Source: Torpedo marmorata (Eukaryota). Taken from it: a DNA stretch of 64,000 nt. Position numbers and translations under genes: made by a program. Positions 12,307 through 24,762 of the stretch are shown one piece after another. The stretch is from positions 204,042,001-204,106,000 of the forward strand of contig OZ360225.1 in the NCBI GenBank assembly GCA_977017645.1, written 5' to 3'. The number at the start of each line of letters is the position of its first letter. The first letter of the stretch is position 1. Below the pieces are notes generated by a model. That model was not told the origin of the DNA and searched no databases. It saw only the letters and a program-made list of their open reading frames with translations.

Positions 12307-12552
12307 ATTTAGACAAACATCACGATAACAGGCCCGTTCGGCCCATGAGCCTGTGCCGCCCAATTACAACTAATTGACCTACAACCCCTGGTACGTTTTG
12401 AACAGTGGGAGGAAACCGGAGCCCCCAGGGAAACCCATGCAGACACGGGGAGAATGTACAAACTCCATACAGACAGTGGGAGTTTGAACCCTGGCCCCAA
12501 TCACTGGCGCTGTAACAGTGTTGCGCTAACCGCTACACTAACCGTGCTGCCT
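12307..12552 (-). mobile_element. V-SINE copy
   Basis: Similar to 1387-1640. Confidence 0.85.
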
Positions 12553-12632
12553 GAAGTTGCCCTTGAGAAGTTGATGGTGAAGGGAATTCCAGGGTTTAGA
12601 TCTATCAACCAAGAATGAATGGCAGTGAATTT

Positions 12633-13312
12633 AAACACGAAAATCTGCAGACACCGTAATTGAAGTAAAAACACAATGCTGGAGAAACTCAGCAGGTCAC
12701 ACAGTGTACTTTATGTAGCAAAGATATGTAATCAGGCAGAGGCAGCATTGTTAGTGTCTTTCCCCTCCCTTGCGCTGCCTGCTGTAGATTGGGCAAATCT
12801 CAGAAGCATTCAAGAGGGCATGGATCACTGCTCCCCGGTGTAGTGGTGAGGGTACAGGTAACAGATTCAAAGGGTAAAAACACAATGTTGGAGAAACTCA
12901 GCAGGTTAAACAGCATACATTATGTGGCAAAGATAAAGATACATAACCAATGTTTCGGGGTTGAGCTCTTCATCAAGGAATGAGCAAAATGTAGGCAGGC
13001 GCCTGAACAAAATGGTGGGGGGAGGGGCAGGGGGAGGGGCACAGTCCCACAGGCAGGAGGTAATAGGTGGATAAGGGAGGGAGGTCACACCAGCAAAAAA
13101 GGGAGGGGGAATGTCTCTGTGAATGGAGAGGGAAGGAGGTGGAGAGCTGGAGGAAAGGATGGGGACGAGTAGGAGAACGGGGAGTGGTCTGGCAGAAACC
13201 GGAGAAGTCGTTGTTAATGCCATCCAGTTGGAGAGCGCCCAGACGGAAAAGTTAGGTGTTGCTCCTCCAATTTATGGGTGGCCTGGGTTTGACAGTGCAT
13301 GAGGCCATGGAA
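12633..13312 (-). mobile_element. Penelope-like 3' fragments (two tandem tails; the second has the GIY-YIG C-terminus and a hammerhead motif)
   Basis: Matches the reverse complement of 46860-47330; hammerhead-like core at ~12948-12978. Confidence 0.8.
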
Positions 13313-13859
13313 TAGCAATGAATATTTTCCTCATCAGTACGATGTGCAACTCAAAGTGGAAACTCCATGTGGCGATGCTCTTAGGCATGTGCTGACCTTG
13401 TCCTTTGTGACAGAGCATGTCGGGTTAGGGGGTCGCTACAGCAGTAGCCTAGGCAAGTAGCTGAGGAGCGGTCTGGAGATGGACTCTACCTGTACTTCAC
13501 TCTTGATAGCAGTTTCATTGTCAACAAAGCAAGCAAATTTCCAAGGCCAGACACAATGCACAGCTATTATTATACAGTACACTTAGAGCAAGCAATGAAG
13601 TCCTGAATTCTGCTCTAATGGCCCTGAATATGTGGTGAATTCTTGCTTTAAAACAGGAGAAGTAATTAAATCTCATTTTATACATAATTAATGCACCAAC
13701 TATATTATATCCCATGTTTATTCTTCCACATGCAGTGTGGTCTGGGAACTGATCAGAAAGTCTAGGAGTACCTGCAGTACACCAGAGTGCTGGAGAAACT
13801 CAGCAGGTCATGCAGCATTCATAGGAAGTAAAAGGCAGTCAGCGTTTCAGTCCTGGGCT

Positions 13860-14555
13860 AAACCAAGGAGATGATTGTGGACTTCAGGAGGAAATCAGGA
13901 GAACATGACCCAGTCATCATCGAGGGATCAGCAGTGAAGAGGGTCAAGAATTTCAAATTCCTGGGTGTCAACATCTCCGAGGATCTGTCCTGGAGCCTCC
14001 ATGCCGATGCAATCACGAAGAAGGCTCGACAGTGGCTATACTTTATGAGGAGTTTGAGGAGATTTGGTATGTCATCAAAGACTCTCGAAAATTTCTACAT
14101 GGAGAGCATTCTGGCTGGTTGCATCACTGGCTGGTATGGAGGTGCGAATGCACAGGACAGGAAAAAACTCCAGAGGGTTGTTAACTCGGCCAGCGCCATC
14201 ATGGGCACCAGTCTTCACTCCATCGAGGACATCTACAAGAGGTGGTGTCTTAGAAAAACAGCCTCTATCCTCAAGGAACCCCCACCACCCAGGCCATGCC
14301 CTCTTCACACTGCTACCATCAGGAAGGAGGTACAGGAGCCTGAAGATGAGCACCAGTGGCACAAGGACAGCTTCTTCCCCTCTGCCATCATATTTCTGAA
14401 TGGACAATGAACCACAGAAACTACCTCACTTTATCCTCTTTTTTGCACTATTTATTTATTTTGAAATGTAATTTAATGCAATATTTGCACTGTAATGCTA
14501 CCGCAAAACAACAAATTTTGTGACATGTTCATGTCATTAAATTCTGATACTGATT
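13860..14555 (+). mobile_element. Rex1/Babar LINE 3' fragment
   Basis: KTKEMIVDFRR and FKFLGVNIS motifs; (ttctga)-like tail. Confidence 0.85.
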
Positions 14556-15796
14556 TTGATTCAACTCCTGACTAAGAGCTCGTTGATCGCCTTTTACTTC
14601 CTACAGACGCTGCGTGACCTGCTGAGTTTCTCCAGCACTTTGTGTATTGCACAAGACCCCAGTGTCTGCAGCTTTTCTTGTTTACCTCCAAGAGAACCCA
14701 AAATGCTGTTTCAGGTGGTGTGCGTGGGATTCGATCTGGGGCTTTAAGGGCAGAAAGATAATTCTCGGGGACTTCAGAGCAGATGGTAATTCCAAAAGGA
14801 TTGGAATAGGTAAACTATGCACATGGAAACATTCGAGTATGCGTGCAGGTTTTTGTCCATCTCTTTCCCTCCATGCATGTGCCTGACCCTCTGTGTCCCT
14901 CCAGTATTGTTTTTTGCTCCAGATTCCAGTATTTGCAGTCTCTTGTTTCTCCAAGTCCTTTTATCACAAGGGGCGGTGACCTGGAGCCACTGTGATTGAA
15001 GCAAATGCACAAAAGTGCTGGAGAAACTCAGCAGGTCTCACAGCGTCCATAGGAGAAAAAGATATTTATCTGCTGAGTTTCTCCAGCACTTGTGTATTTA
15101 CTATAATCACAGCATCTGCAGACTTTCTTGTTTCACTGAGAGTGAGTACCTAGCTTTGAATAGAGAGCTTTCCGAATTGGATGTTAGGTTCTGGGAGCAC
15201 AAGGGCTGAGTGGCTAGTTCTGCCAGTTCTCAGAGTATAAGATGGGAACAGAAAGTAAATGTAATAAGTTGATCTGGCAGTGAGAGACTAACAGAATGGA
15301 ACCCTGGCAAGGCACACCGAAAAAATATTGAAGGTCCCAACTCATCCGCGCTCAGCACACTTTGAGCACCAAACAACATGTAAAGAGCAATCAGAACTCA
15401 GACCCAGTTGTAAAGATTCTGCTGGAGGAACTTAGGGGCATCAGTGGGAGAAATCCTGGAACTCCCTACCCAACAGAACTGTGGGAGTAGCTTCAGCGGA
15501 AGGACTGCAACCAAGCAAAAAGATGGCTCATCACCACCGTCTCAGGGCCAATAATGGGCAATAAATGCTTGCCAACAATGCCCAGATCCTGAAAATAAAT
15601 AAACAAAAGGATGTCAGCTTTACTGCTGGTCAGGGCAGTACTTATTCCTCCTCTTTAATTGCACAAGAAAACATAGAACAGAGAACACTATAGCACAGTA
15701 CAGGCCCTTCGGCCATCAATGTTGTACCAACCTATATATTCATACCAAAGAAAAACTAAGCCTTTCCTACCTCGCATCCTTCTATTTTAATTTCAT

Positions 15797-16421
15797 TCAA
15801 GATTCAATTTATTGTCATGTAATAAAAACAGTGTCATATTACACGAAATTGCCTTTGTCTGCCGTAAGGCAAACAGATTTGCCATCGGCTGTAATTGCCT
15901 AAAGTGCCTCTTACAGTCAGAGAAAGAGAAGCAAAAGAGAGTTCCCCCCGGAGTCACCAAGTGTCCGTGGATTCGCCTCCAGCACTCCCGCAGCCCCCCG
16001 CAGCCACACATAGTCCAGTCCAAACCATCGGCAAACCGAGCTCCAGATCTGAACGTCTGATGTGATTAGGAATCCTTCAGCGCCCTCGGCACCCTCTCGC
16101 ATCCCATACCTGGTACCCCTTCAGCCAGTTTCGAGCCATACTCCAGCAGTCTGCAGCCTGGTGCGAGTCCCTTGACCGCAGTCTCCAGCAGCCCACAGCC
16201 TCTGTGGGTTCCTCGTCTTGAGTCACCAGCAGCCCACCGCCTGTGTGGGTCCTTCAGCCGCAGATCCCCTCACTGGTCTGCCGCCGTGTTCACCGCCCCA
16301 TGGGTCATCTCCTCTGCTTCTCTTTCTCAGATGGGGGTTGCACCAGTCCACCACTTCCCAGGAGTCTGCAACCCCTCAATGGCTGCTGCCGATCATAGGC
16401 ACCGTAATCTTGGGCGCAGAC
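15797..16421 (-). mobile_element. Non-coding LINE-tailed repeat family, 5'-truncated copy
   Basis: Homologous to 25979-26830 and 58126-58931; interrupts a CR1 3' tail (15670-15796 resumes at ~16424). Confidence 0.75.
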
Positions 16422-16423
16422 CT

Positions 16424-17200
16424 AAAGTCTCTTAAGTGCCCCTAATTTTTCATCCTCCACCACCACACCTGGCAAGGCATTCCAGGCACCCACAACTCTC
16501 TGTGTAAAACACTTACCCCTGATGTCTCCCCTAAACTTCCCTCACTTTGTACAGATGTCCTCTGGTGTTTGCTATTCCTGCCCTGGGAAAAGGTGCTGAC
16601 TGTTTACCCTATCTATGCCTCTCAGAATCTTGTAGACATCTATTAAGTCATCTCTCATCCTTCTTCGCTCCAAGGAGATAAGCCCTATCTCTGCTAACCT
16701 TGCCTCATAACCCTTTTCCAATCCAGGCAACATCCTGGTAAATCTCCTCTGCACCCTCTCCATGGCTTCCACATCCTTCCCATAATGAGGTGACCAGAAC
16801 TGAACACAATATCTTAAGTGTGATCTCACCAGAGATTTGTTGAGTTGCTGACCTCTTGACGCTTGAACTCAATCCCCCGACTAATGAAGCCCAGCATCCC
16901 TAGGCCTTCTTAAGTATCCTATCAACCTGCACAGCAATCTTGAGAGATGTATGGATTTGGACCCACGGTTCCTCTGTTCCTCCACATTGTTAAGTATCTG
17001 ACCATTAACCCTGTACTCAGCCTTCAGGTTTGACCTTCCAAAATGTATCAGCTCACACTTATCCGGATTAAACTCCATCTGCCACTTTTCCACCCAACTC
17101 GGCATCCTGTCTATATCCTTTTGTAACCTACGACAACCTTCATCATTATCCACAACCCCTCCAACCTTTGTATCATCCGCAAACCTCTGACCCATCCTTC
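16424..17200 (-). mobile_element. CR1 ORF2 3' fragment
   Basis: FADDTKVGG, WQMEFNPDKC and YCVQFWSPHY motifs. Confidence 0.88.
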
Positions 17201-17537
17201 CGCTTCTTCATTGTTGTTGGTGAATTGCCTTCTTGTGGTTCTTTGGGTGCATATACTCCCAAAATATTGCTCAATAGGGACTCCCAGGAGCTAGACCCAA
17301 TAGCAATAAAGTAACTGCATAATACTTCCAAGTTAGGATACCGTGAGCCCAGCAGGGGAACCTGAAGACCGTGGTGCTCCCATGTGCCCCCTGCCATGAT
17401 TTCCATTGGCTGTGGAGGTCACAGGTGTACCTCTGCGAGTGTCTGCAGTATGTTTTAAAACATCACGGCCACACTGTGCCGGCAGTGGAGATGATGAACT
17501 TTTAGGGTGATGGATGGGGTCTCAATCAGTTTTAAAC

Positions 17538-17775
17538 AAGAATGTCTGCAGATAATGGGGTCGAGTGCAATAGACAAATGTGCTGGAGAAACTCAGCAGG
17601 TCACACAGCATCCACAGGAAGTAAAGAGTGACCAACATTTCGGGCCTGAGCCCTTCGTCAGGTACTTCCATTGGTCACCCTTTAGTTCCTATGGATGCTG
17701 CGAGGCCTGCTGAGTTTCTCAAGCACTTTTGTGTATTGGACTACAATTACAGCATCTGCAGATTTTCTTGTTTAA
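17538..17775. mobile_element. Mini head-to-head Penelope tail insertion with hammerhead motif
   Basis: Minus-strand PLE tail followed by a plus-strand PLE tail; minus strand reads cctgacgaagggctcaggcccgaaatgtt. Confidence 0.75.
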
Positions 17776-18355
17776 CTTTTGCCTCGTTAAAAAATTCTGC
17801 TGACTATCATTCAGCGACTCATATTCCTCGGAGCAAGGAGGTTGAGACTTAACATTGTTAAATCAGGACATCAATAGCTTTCAGAGATTACATTGAACAT
17901 ACTTAGGAAGGAATTGTGTGGACTTTAGATGAATGCAAAAATGTCTGTGGACAACTTTAATTTTCCTTTATGAGTTTTGGATACAGTTTTGTTTCCTAAT
18001 TGGTTCAACAGTAATGAAGAGTGATGATGAGAAGGGAATAATGTGGTCATGTATATAATAACCTACACTTAAGGAAAAGTGCATTAAACTGCTCGGATTA
18101 ATAACGTAATCCCTTTTCAAACAATGTTACCCTCCAGTCTGGTTTTCAATATCCCAAGAAATAGGAAGATTGTTAAATTAAATTATCTGCTTTACATAGG
18201 TTTAAAGCTGTATCTTTTTAAACAATACTTGTGGTTAAGAAGGAAATGCACAGTAGACTTGGTGATGTGGGCACTCATCCTGTGCTTTCGGTTCTGTTTT
18301 CCACTGAAATGTAAAAGCTAGAAAGGTTATTTAGAACATAGAATATCACAGCACA

Positions 18356-18620
18356 GGGCGGCACGGTTTGCGTAGCGGTTCGTGCAATGCTGTTACAGCG
18401 CCAGTGGCCATGGTTTGAATCCGGCGCTGTCTGTAAGTAGTTTGTACGTTCTCCCTGTGTCTGTGTGGGTTTCCTCTGGGTGCTCTGGTTTCCTCCCACC
18501 TTACAAAATGTACGGGGGCTGGTTGTAGGTTAATTGATGTATTTGGGTGGCACGGGCTCATGGGCCGGAAGGGCCTGTTACCGTGCTGTACGTCTAAATT
18601 TAATTTAAGTTAAATTTAAA
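18356..18620 (+). mobile_element. V-SINE copy
   Basis: gggcggcacggtt...gtttgtacgttctccc...ccgtgctgta. Confidence 0.85.
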
Positions 18621-18756
18621 TTTACTGTACAGGCCCTTCAGCCGACAATGTTATGCCGACCTATGTAAACCTACTGCACTATAGTCTAATTTTCCCTCCC
18701 TCACATTCATAACCCTCTATTTTTCTTAGCTCCAATGATGCAAATCCATGCTCAAT

Positions 18757-19480
18757 GTTCAAGGTTCAAGGTTCCTTTTATTGTCATGTAATAACACATA
18801 AAAATGTAATATGCAGTACATGATATATTCCACTTTTGCCTGCCATAAGGCAAACAAAGAGTTGCCATGAGCATCGCCCTGCGACCCTAACAATAAGAGA
18901 AAGAGAAGCAAAAGATAGTCCCTTCAGAGACACTAAGTGTCCGTGGATTCACCTCCAGCGCGCCCGCAGCCTCTGCAGCCGCACAGACTCAGTCAGACCA
19001 TCGGTAATCCAAGCTCCATATCTAAACCTCTGATACGATCAGGAAGCCTTTAGCGCCCGAGGCCCTTCAGGCGCCCTTCTTACCCGCAGCACCCTCTCAG
19101 ATCCCGGTTCTGATACCTGGTTCCCATGGGCCATTCTCCAGCAGCCTGCAGCCTGTGTGGGTCCTTTGACTGCAAGTCGCCAGCAGCCCACAGCCTGTGT
19201 GAGTCCCTCGACCGCAAGTAGCCAGCCACCCACACCCAGTGTAGATCCTTCAGCCGCTGAGCCCCTCACTGGTTACCTTCCAAGGAAGTTGTTCCCCCAT
19301 CTCTGGTGCCCTGCACCAGTCCGTTGCTCTCCCTGTTTCTGAAACCCCTCGTGGTACACTGCTCAGATAAGGCGCCCCTATCTTGGGCACAGACCTCCAT
19401 GGTTGCAGTATTAAATAAAAAAACACCCTCGGCTCCTCTAAGAGGCTGTTTAAAGCCTGTACAGAGCCAAAGGCATCAGG
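18757..19480 (-). mobile_element. Non-coding LINE-tailed repeat family, diverged copy
   Basis: Shares the blocks gtgtccgtggattcacctccagcg and agaaagagaagcaaaaga, and the tttattgtcatgtaata tail. Confidence 0.65.
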
Positions 19481-19849
19481 ACATTGCTGATTGTATCAAT
19501 TCAAACCCTTTGTGAAGAACAGCCTCTTGCTTTCAATGGCTAAGCTTTAATTTTAAGATTATGGTTATAAGTTCCTTGATTCTTTATTCCTCACCAGAGG
19601 AAATACTTCCTGTTTGGTACATAATATATTGTGACATTATTTGGCCTGCACTGATTTCTACCCTGTTAAAATGTTGATTGTCTCAAATACTTTGGTCAAG
19701 TTTCGTTGCTGGCTGGATGGCTGCATTTGATCATTGATGGAGAATCTAAGTGATCTAAATTGTCTTTTTCTTTGGATATAATTCTCAGTGTAATCTAAAA
19801 GTGTAACAAAGGCAGATAAACATGATTCCAAAAGAAGGGTTCACAATAC

Positions 19850-20505
19850 CAGAACTTAACTAGAGACCAATCGTGGACACACAGCATCTCCTCACTTGTC
19901 AGGAAGGCACAATAGTGATTGCACTTCCTGAGAAGACTGAAGTGGGCAAGGCTACCGGCCACCATCATGTCAATCTTCTTTAGGAGCTATATCGAGAGCG
20001 TCCTGGCCGGCTGCATCACAGTGTGGTACGGTTGCTGCAGAGAAATGGATCCAAGGTCAATCCACAGAACCACAAGAGTGGCAGAGAGGGTCATTGGAAT
20101 CTCCCTTCCCTCCATCAACGAAATCTACCAGGATTGTTGACTGAGGAGGTCACACAAAATCATTGAGGACCCCTTCCACACCGCACACAGCATCTTTCAG
20201 CTGCTCCCGTCAGGAAAGTGATGCAGGAGTATCAGAGCCAGCACCACCAGGCTGAGGAGCAGCTTCTCCCCACGGGCAGTGAGAATGCTGAACGACCAAA
20301 GGAACTTCTCACACTAACCATCCGAAATTCTCGTATTTACGAAACAATTAGTGTATATGAATAGTTGTCCTGCATATGTATTGTTTGTCTGTATATGTGT
20401 TATGTCTAGTTGTGTGGCTGCATGTTTTACATCGAGGACCGGAGAACGCTGTTTCGTCGGGTTGTACTTGTGCAATCAGATGACAATAACTTGATTTGAC
20501 TTGAT
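19850..20505 (+). mobile_element. Rex1/Babar LINE 3' fragment (second subfamily)
   Basis: HFLRRLK..IESVLAGCITVWYG; tail (acttg)n; paralog at 60675-61486. Confidence 0.8.
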
Positions 20506-21719
20506 TGACAATTATGTAACTAGAGGCTTATTTTGAACATTAATAGCGAGCCCTTTGCTGAATCCATCAGGAAGGACGAGGGCATAAGAAGGGTGACGCT
20601 TTCAGGCAGTGGAGACACCCAGGTCAAAGTCTCCCAGGTCAAAGTCTTCCTGTACATGGACGACGTCGCCGTCTTCTGTTCAGACACACGATCGATCCAC
20701 AGACTGATCAGCATCTGCTGCCAGTTTGAGTTGGCATCGGACGCCAGGGTAAACCAGAAGAAGAGCGAGGCAATGCTCTTCGGTAACTCTCCGAAGGGGT
20801 TGCTCTCCACCATCCCCTTCACGGTCAGGTCCGACTAACTGAAGGTGCTGGGAATCTGGTTGCGAGGGTCGAGGTATGTAATAAAAATTGGTCAGAGGCG
20901 ATAGTGAAGGTCCACCAGAAATTGGGTCTGTGGGTGCGAAGCTCCCTCTCAATAACAGGGAAGAACCTATCATCAGGTGCGAGGTGCCTTCAGTACCTCT
21001 GCACATGGCACAGGTGTGGCCCATACCCCACACCTCCGCCCTGGTAGTCACCTGAGCAATCAGCTGGAGAACCAGGATGGAATGGGTCCAACAGGTGGCG
21101 ATGTACAAGTCACCAGACAACAGGGGCAAGGGCGTACCCAATGTGACACTCATCCTGATGACCACCTTCATGTGTGGCTGCATCAGGTTGTGCGTGGAAC
21201 CAAAGTATGAGGGCACTAAGTGCCGCTATGTGCTGAGGTTCTACCTGTCCCAGGTGTTGCGAAGGATGGACCTGGCCCTGGTGCCACTCAATGTCCCAGT
21301 CAGTTGAATGCAGCCACACCAACTATTCTTAGTGAAAAAGTTCTCCCAACAGCTTTAACCATGTTCATCAGGTAGTGGTCAGCACAGAACGTCCTGCAGA
21401 CACTGAGAGACGAGGACCTGATGGACATGGTGGGGTGGTTTCCTGAGCAGAACGTCCCGGTCATTTGGTGGAATGCCTCATCGCCAGTGCTCACTAACAA
21501 GCACGAGGACTCTGTCTGGCTGGCGGTGAGAGGAGCCCTCCGGCTATGACCGGAATGTCACCCCCAACTCATGCCCTCGAGACGACTGTGATGGGGGAGA
21601 AGACAGCTGCCACCTCTTTGCAGAAAGTGGATTTGCTCAGAGAGTGTGGAGAAGGGTGCAAGGGTTCTTGTCATGGTTCATCCCCAGCAGCCACATAAAG
21701 GAATCTATGATTTATTATT

Positions 21720-23042
21720 AAAACACGAAAATCTGTAGACACCTTGGTTGAAGTAAAAAACACAAATGCTGGAGAAACTCAGAAGGTCAAACAGTGTCTT
21801 CTATGTAGCAAAGGTAGAAATACATAACCGACATTTCGGGCTTGAGCCCTTCATCAAAGTATGAGAAAATGCCGGCAGGCGTCCGAACAAAGGAGTGAGG
21901 GGGGAAGGGGGGTGGCAAAGGCAGGAGATGATAGGTGGAGAAAGGAGGGAGGGGACAGCAGCAAAGAGGGGGAGGAGGGATGGCTGGGTGGGTGGAAAAA
22001 AACAGGAAGGACAGGTGAAGGGAAGGGAATGACAAGCAGGTTTAGTGGAAAGCAGAAAAGTCAATGTTAATGCCATCTGGCTGGAGAGTGCCGAGACGGA
22101 AAATGAGATGTTGTTCCTCCAATTTGCGGGTAGTCTGGGTGGGATAGTACATAAGGCCATGGACAGACATGTGAGTGTGGGAGTGTGACCCAGAATTGAA
22201 ATGGCTGGCTACTGGGAGGTCGCTGTTGTTGCGGACGGAGAGGAGGTGCTCAGCAAAGCGGTCTCCCAATCTACGACCGGTCTCTCCGATGTAGAGAAAG
22301 CCACAAAGGGAGCACCGGATGCAGTAAATAAGTTTCTCTGGATGTACAAGTGAAGTGTAGTTTCACTTGGAAGGCCTGTTTGGGGCCCTGGACCGTGGTG
22401 AGGGGGGAGGTGTGGACGCAGGTGTTGCACCTCCTGCGGGCACAGGGGAAGGTGCCAGGGGTGCGATGGGTGGGGAGGGATGAGTGCATCCGGTGCTCCC
22501 TTTGTGGCTTTCTCTACATCGGAGAGACCGGTCGTAGATTGGGAGACCGCTTTGCGGAGCACCTCCTCTCCGTCCTCAACAACAGCGACCTCCCAGTAGC
22601 CAGCCATTTCAATTATGGGTCACACTCCCACACTCACATGTCTGTCCATGGCCTTATGTACTATCCCACCCAGACTACCCGCATATTGGAGGAACAACAT
22701 CTCATTTTCCGTCTCGGCACTCTCCAGCCAGATGGCATTAACATTTACTTTTCTGCTTTCCACTAAACCTGCTTGTCGTTCCCTTCCCCTCCCCCCTCAC
22801 TCGTCCTTCCTGTTTTTCTCCACCTACCCAGCCATCCCTCCTCCCCCTCTTTGCTGCTGTCCCCTCCCTCCTTTCTCCACCTATCATCTCCTGCCTTTGC
22901 CACTCTTTTGTTCGGACGCCGGCCGGCATTTTCTCATACTTTGATGAAGGGCTCAAGCCCGAAACGTCGGTTATGTATTTCTACCTTTGCTACATAAAAG
23001 ACACTGTTTGACCTGCTGAGTTTCTCCAGCATTTGTGTTTTT
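21720..23042. mobile_element. Penelope-like element, head-to-head inverted insertion
   Basis: Both arms encode the GIY-YIG C-terminus (YIGETGRRLGDRFAEH; LEEQHLIFRLGTLQPDGIN); ~560-bp inverted arms; 14-bp TSD tatgattta(t/c)tatt. Confidence 0.9.
22935..22976 (+). ncRNA. Minimal type I hammerhead ribozyme motif (PLE-associated)
   Basis: TTGATGA, stem II gggc-tcaa-gccc, GAAA, CGTC; flanks catact/ggttatg can form a short stem I. Confidence 0.75.
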
Positions 23043-23490
23043 TATGATTTACTATTTCTGGGGTCGTACACAAAGACAGACCCCAGAGGTGCTGGAAGAT
23101 CATCAGCTCCGTGAAAGACGCCCGTTCGTCTTCCCGAAACTTGTTGGTTTGCCAGCACATGGAGATGTCGGTGTGGGAATACTGCCGACTAGCATATTCC
23201 AGTCTGCAGGATAGCGTGCTACGGGATGCACTTAGACTTGGCCCAGCCAACACAAGAGCGAAGTAGAGTCTGGAGTCCTTCGGTTCCTGGGCATTAAGTA
23301 GCAGAGGAAGCCCCTCAAACAACTAAAGGAGTGTAACCCCAGGGACTTCATTAGTGGCATTAGTGCTATGTCGTATAATAAATGTTTAACGCTAAAAGGT
23401 ACAGTAACAATTGTAAATGGAAATATGACACCAAGAATTTTAAATGACTTTGCACTGTTTTGCTTTGGGTATAATTTTTATTATGAATTA

Positions 23491-24526
23491 CCGTATTTGA
23501 TGGCATATAAGACCCCACTTTTTTTTCCCAAAAAATCACCTCAAAAACCACCCCGGGTCTTATACGCGAAGGTGACATTTTGGTGCCGCCATTTTGGGCA
23601 CCCAGTGGAGTCCAGGAAGCGGACCCGCAGCTTCATGGACCACCTTTCCTTGGGTGGCCCGTGCTTTCCGGAGTCGCCGCCGCCGCTCACTTCCCCCGGT
23701 AAGAAGGCTTGCTCTGTCCCTCCTTCCCGCCCGCCCGCTCGCTCTCTCCCTCCAGTTCGCTCCCGCCTACTCGCTCGCTCCCGCCCGCTCTCTCCCTCCC
23801 GTTCACTCTCTCCTGCCTGCCCGCTCGCTCTCTCCCTCCAGTTCGCTCTCTCCTGCCCGCCCGCTCGCTCTCTCCCTCCCACTCGCTCTTTCCTTCCCGC
23901 CCGCCCGCTCTCTCCTTCCCACTCGCCATCGCCCACTCGCCCGTCCTCACCCGCTCGCCTGCTATCTATCTCCCGCCTGCTCGCTCTCACCGCAGTGCTT
24001 TGAGGGGAGCGCTGGGCCTCGATGATCAGGCTTTGTTCGACGAGCACGGACCCTCAAGCAAATGGAATGAGGCATGGGGGTGGGTGGCAGTGAGCGAGCG
24101 GCCTGTCAAGCTCAGCTCAACAGGCCACTCGCTCACTGTCACCTGCCCCCACGCCTCATTCAATCTCTTCGGGGGGCTGTGCGCGTCAAACAAAGGCTCA
24201 GCGTGGAGCCTGATCACCAGCGCTCCCCTCAAAGCAAGCAATTGATCGTCTGCTCCCCGCAACAGTGGGCCTGGGCCCTGCCCGTTGTCCTGGCTTATCT
24301 CCCTCACACCCTCGCGCACCCGCGGGTCCCTGCACGCTTGTCAATCAATCGGCATTTGAACGGTGGGGGGGAATCAGCCTGAGCCTCAGCATGCGGCGGG
24401 CAAGAGGACGTGTTGCTGCTGTGAAGGTAAATACACTAAAACAAATTTTTCCTGAAATCTCACGCTAAAAATGCGGGGGAGTGGGGGTCCTATATGCCAG
24501 TGGATCCTATATGCCGTCAAATACGG
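23491..24526. mobile_element. Non-autonomous pogo-type transposon
   Basis: 19-bp TIRs ccgtatttgatggcatata / tatatgccgtcaaatacgg (1 mismatch); TA flanks. Confidence 0.88.
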
Positions 24527-24762
24527 TATATTTATTTTTTGAAAAGAATAATGAATAAATGTGATAAACATAACTGGTTTTAATTTAATTGTGTTTTGTT
24601 AGTTGAATATATGATTGGAAATGAATGAGAAATATGGATCGGAATGAGTTAGAGGGCTATGGGCTGAAGACAGGAAAATGGGACCAGCTTAGTCAGTATG
24701 AACGTCGGGCTGAAAGGCCTGTTTTGTGCTGTAGAAATCAATGACTCTGAACTTATTAATAA

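Larger units (their letters stand above)
20530..23400 (+). mobile_element. Tx1-type L1-clade LINE ORF2 remnant, interrupted by a PLE at 21720-23042
   Basis: EPFAESIR, LYMDDV, RVNQKKS and GKGVPNV motifs; sequence resumes after 23056. Confidence 0.8.

Noticed and set aside
21720-23042. Foldback/TIR DNA transposon
   Set aside because: The inverted arms are Penelope GIY-YIG and 3' tail sequence matching the PLE at 45470-47334.
23368-24245. Long Pro/Ser/Arg-rich ORFs on both strands
   Set aside because: By-products of low-complexity GC-rich repeats inside a MITE.
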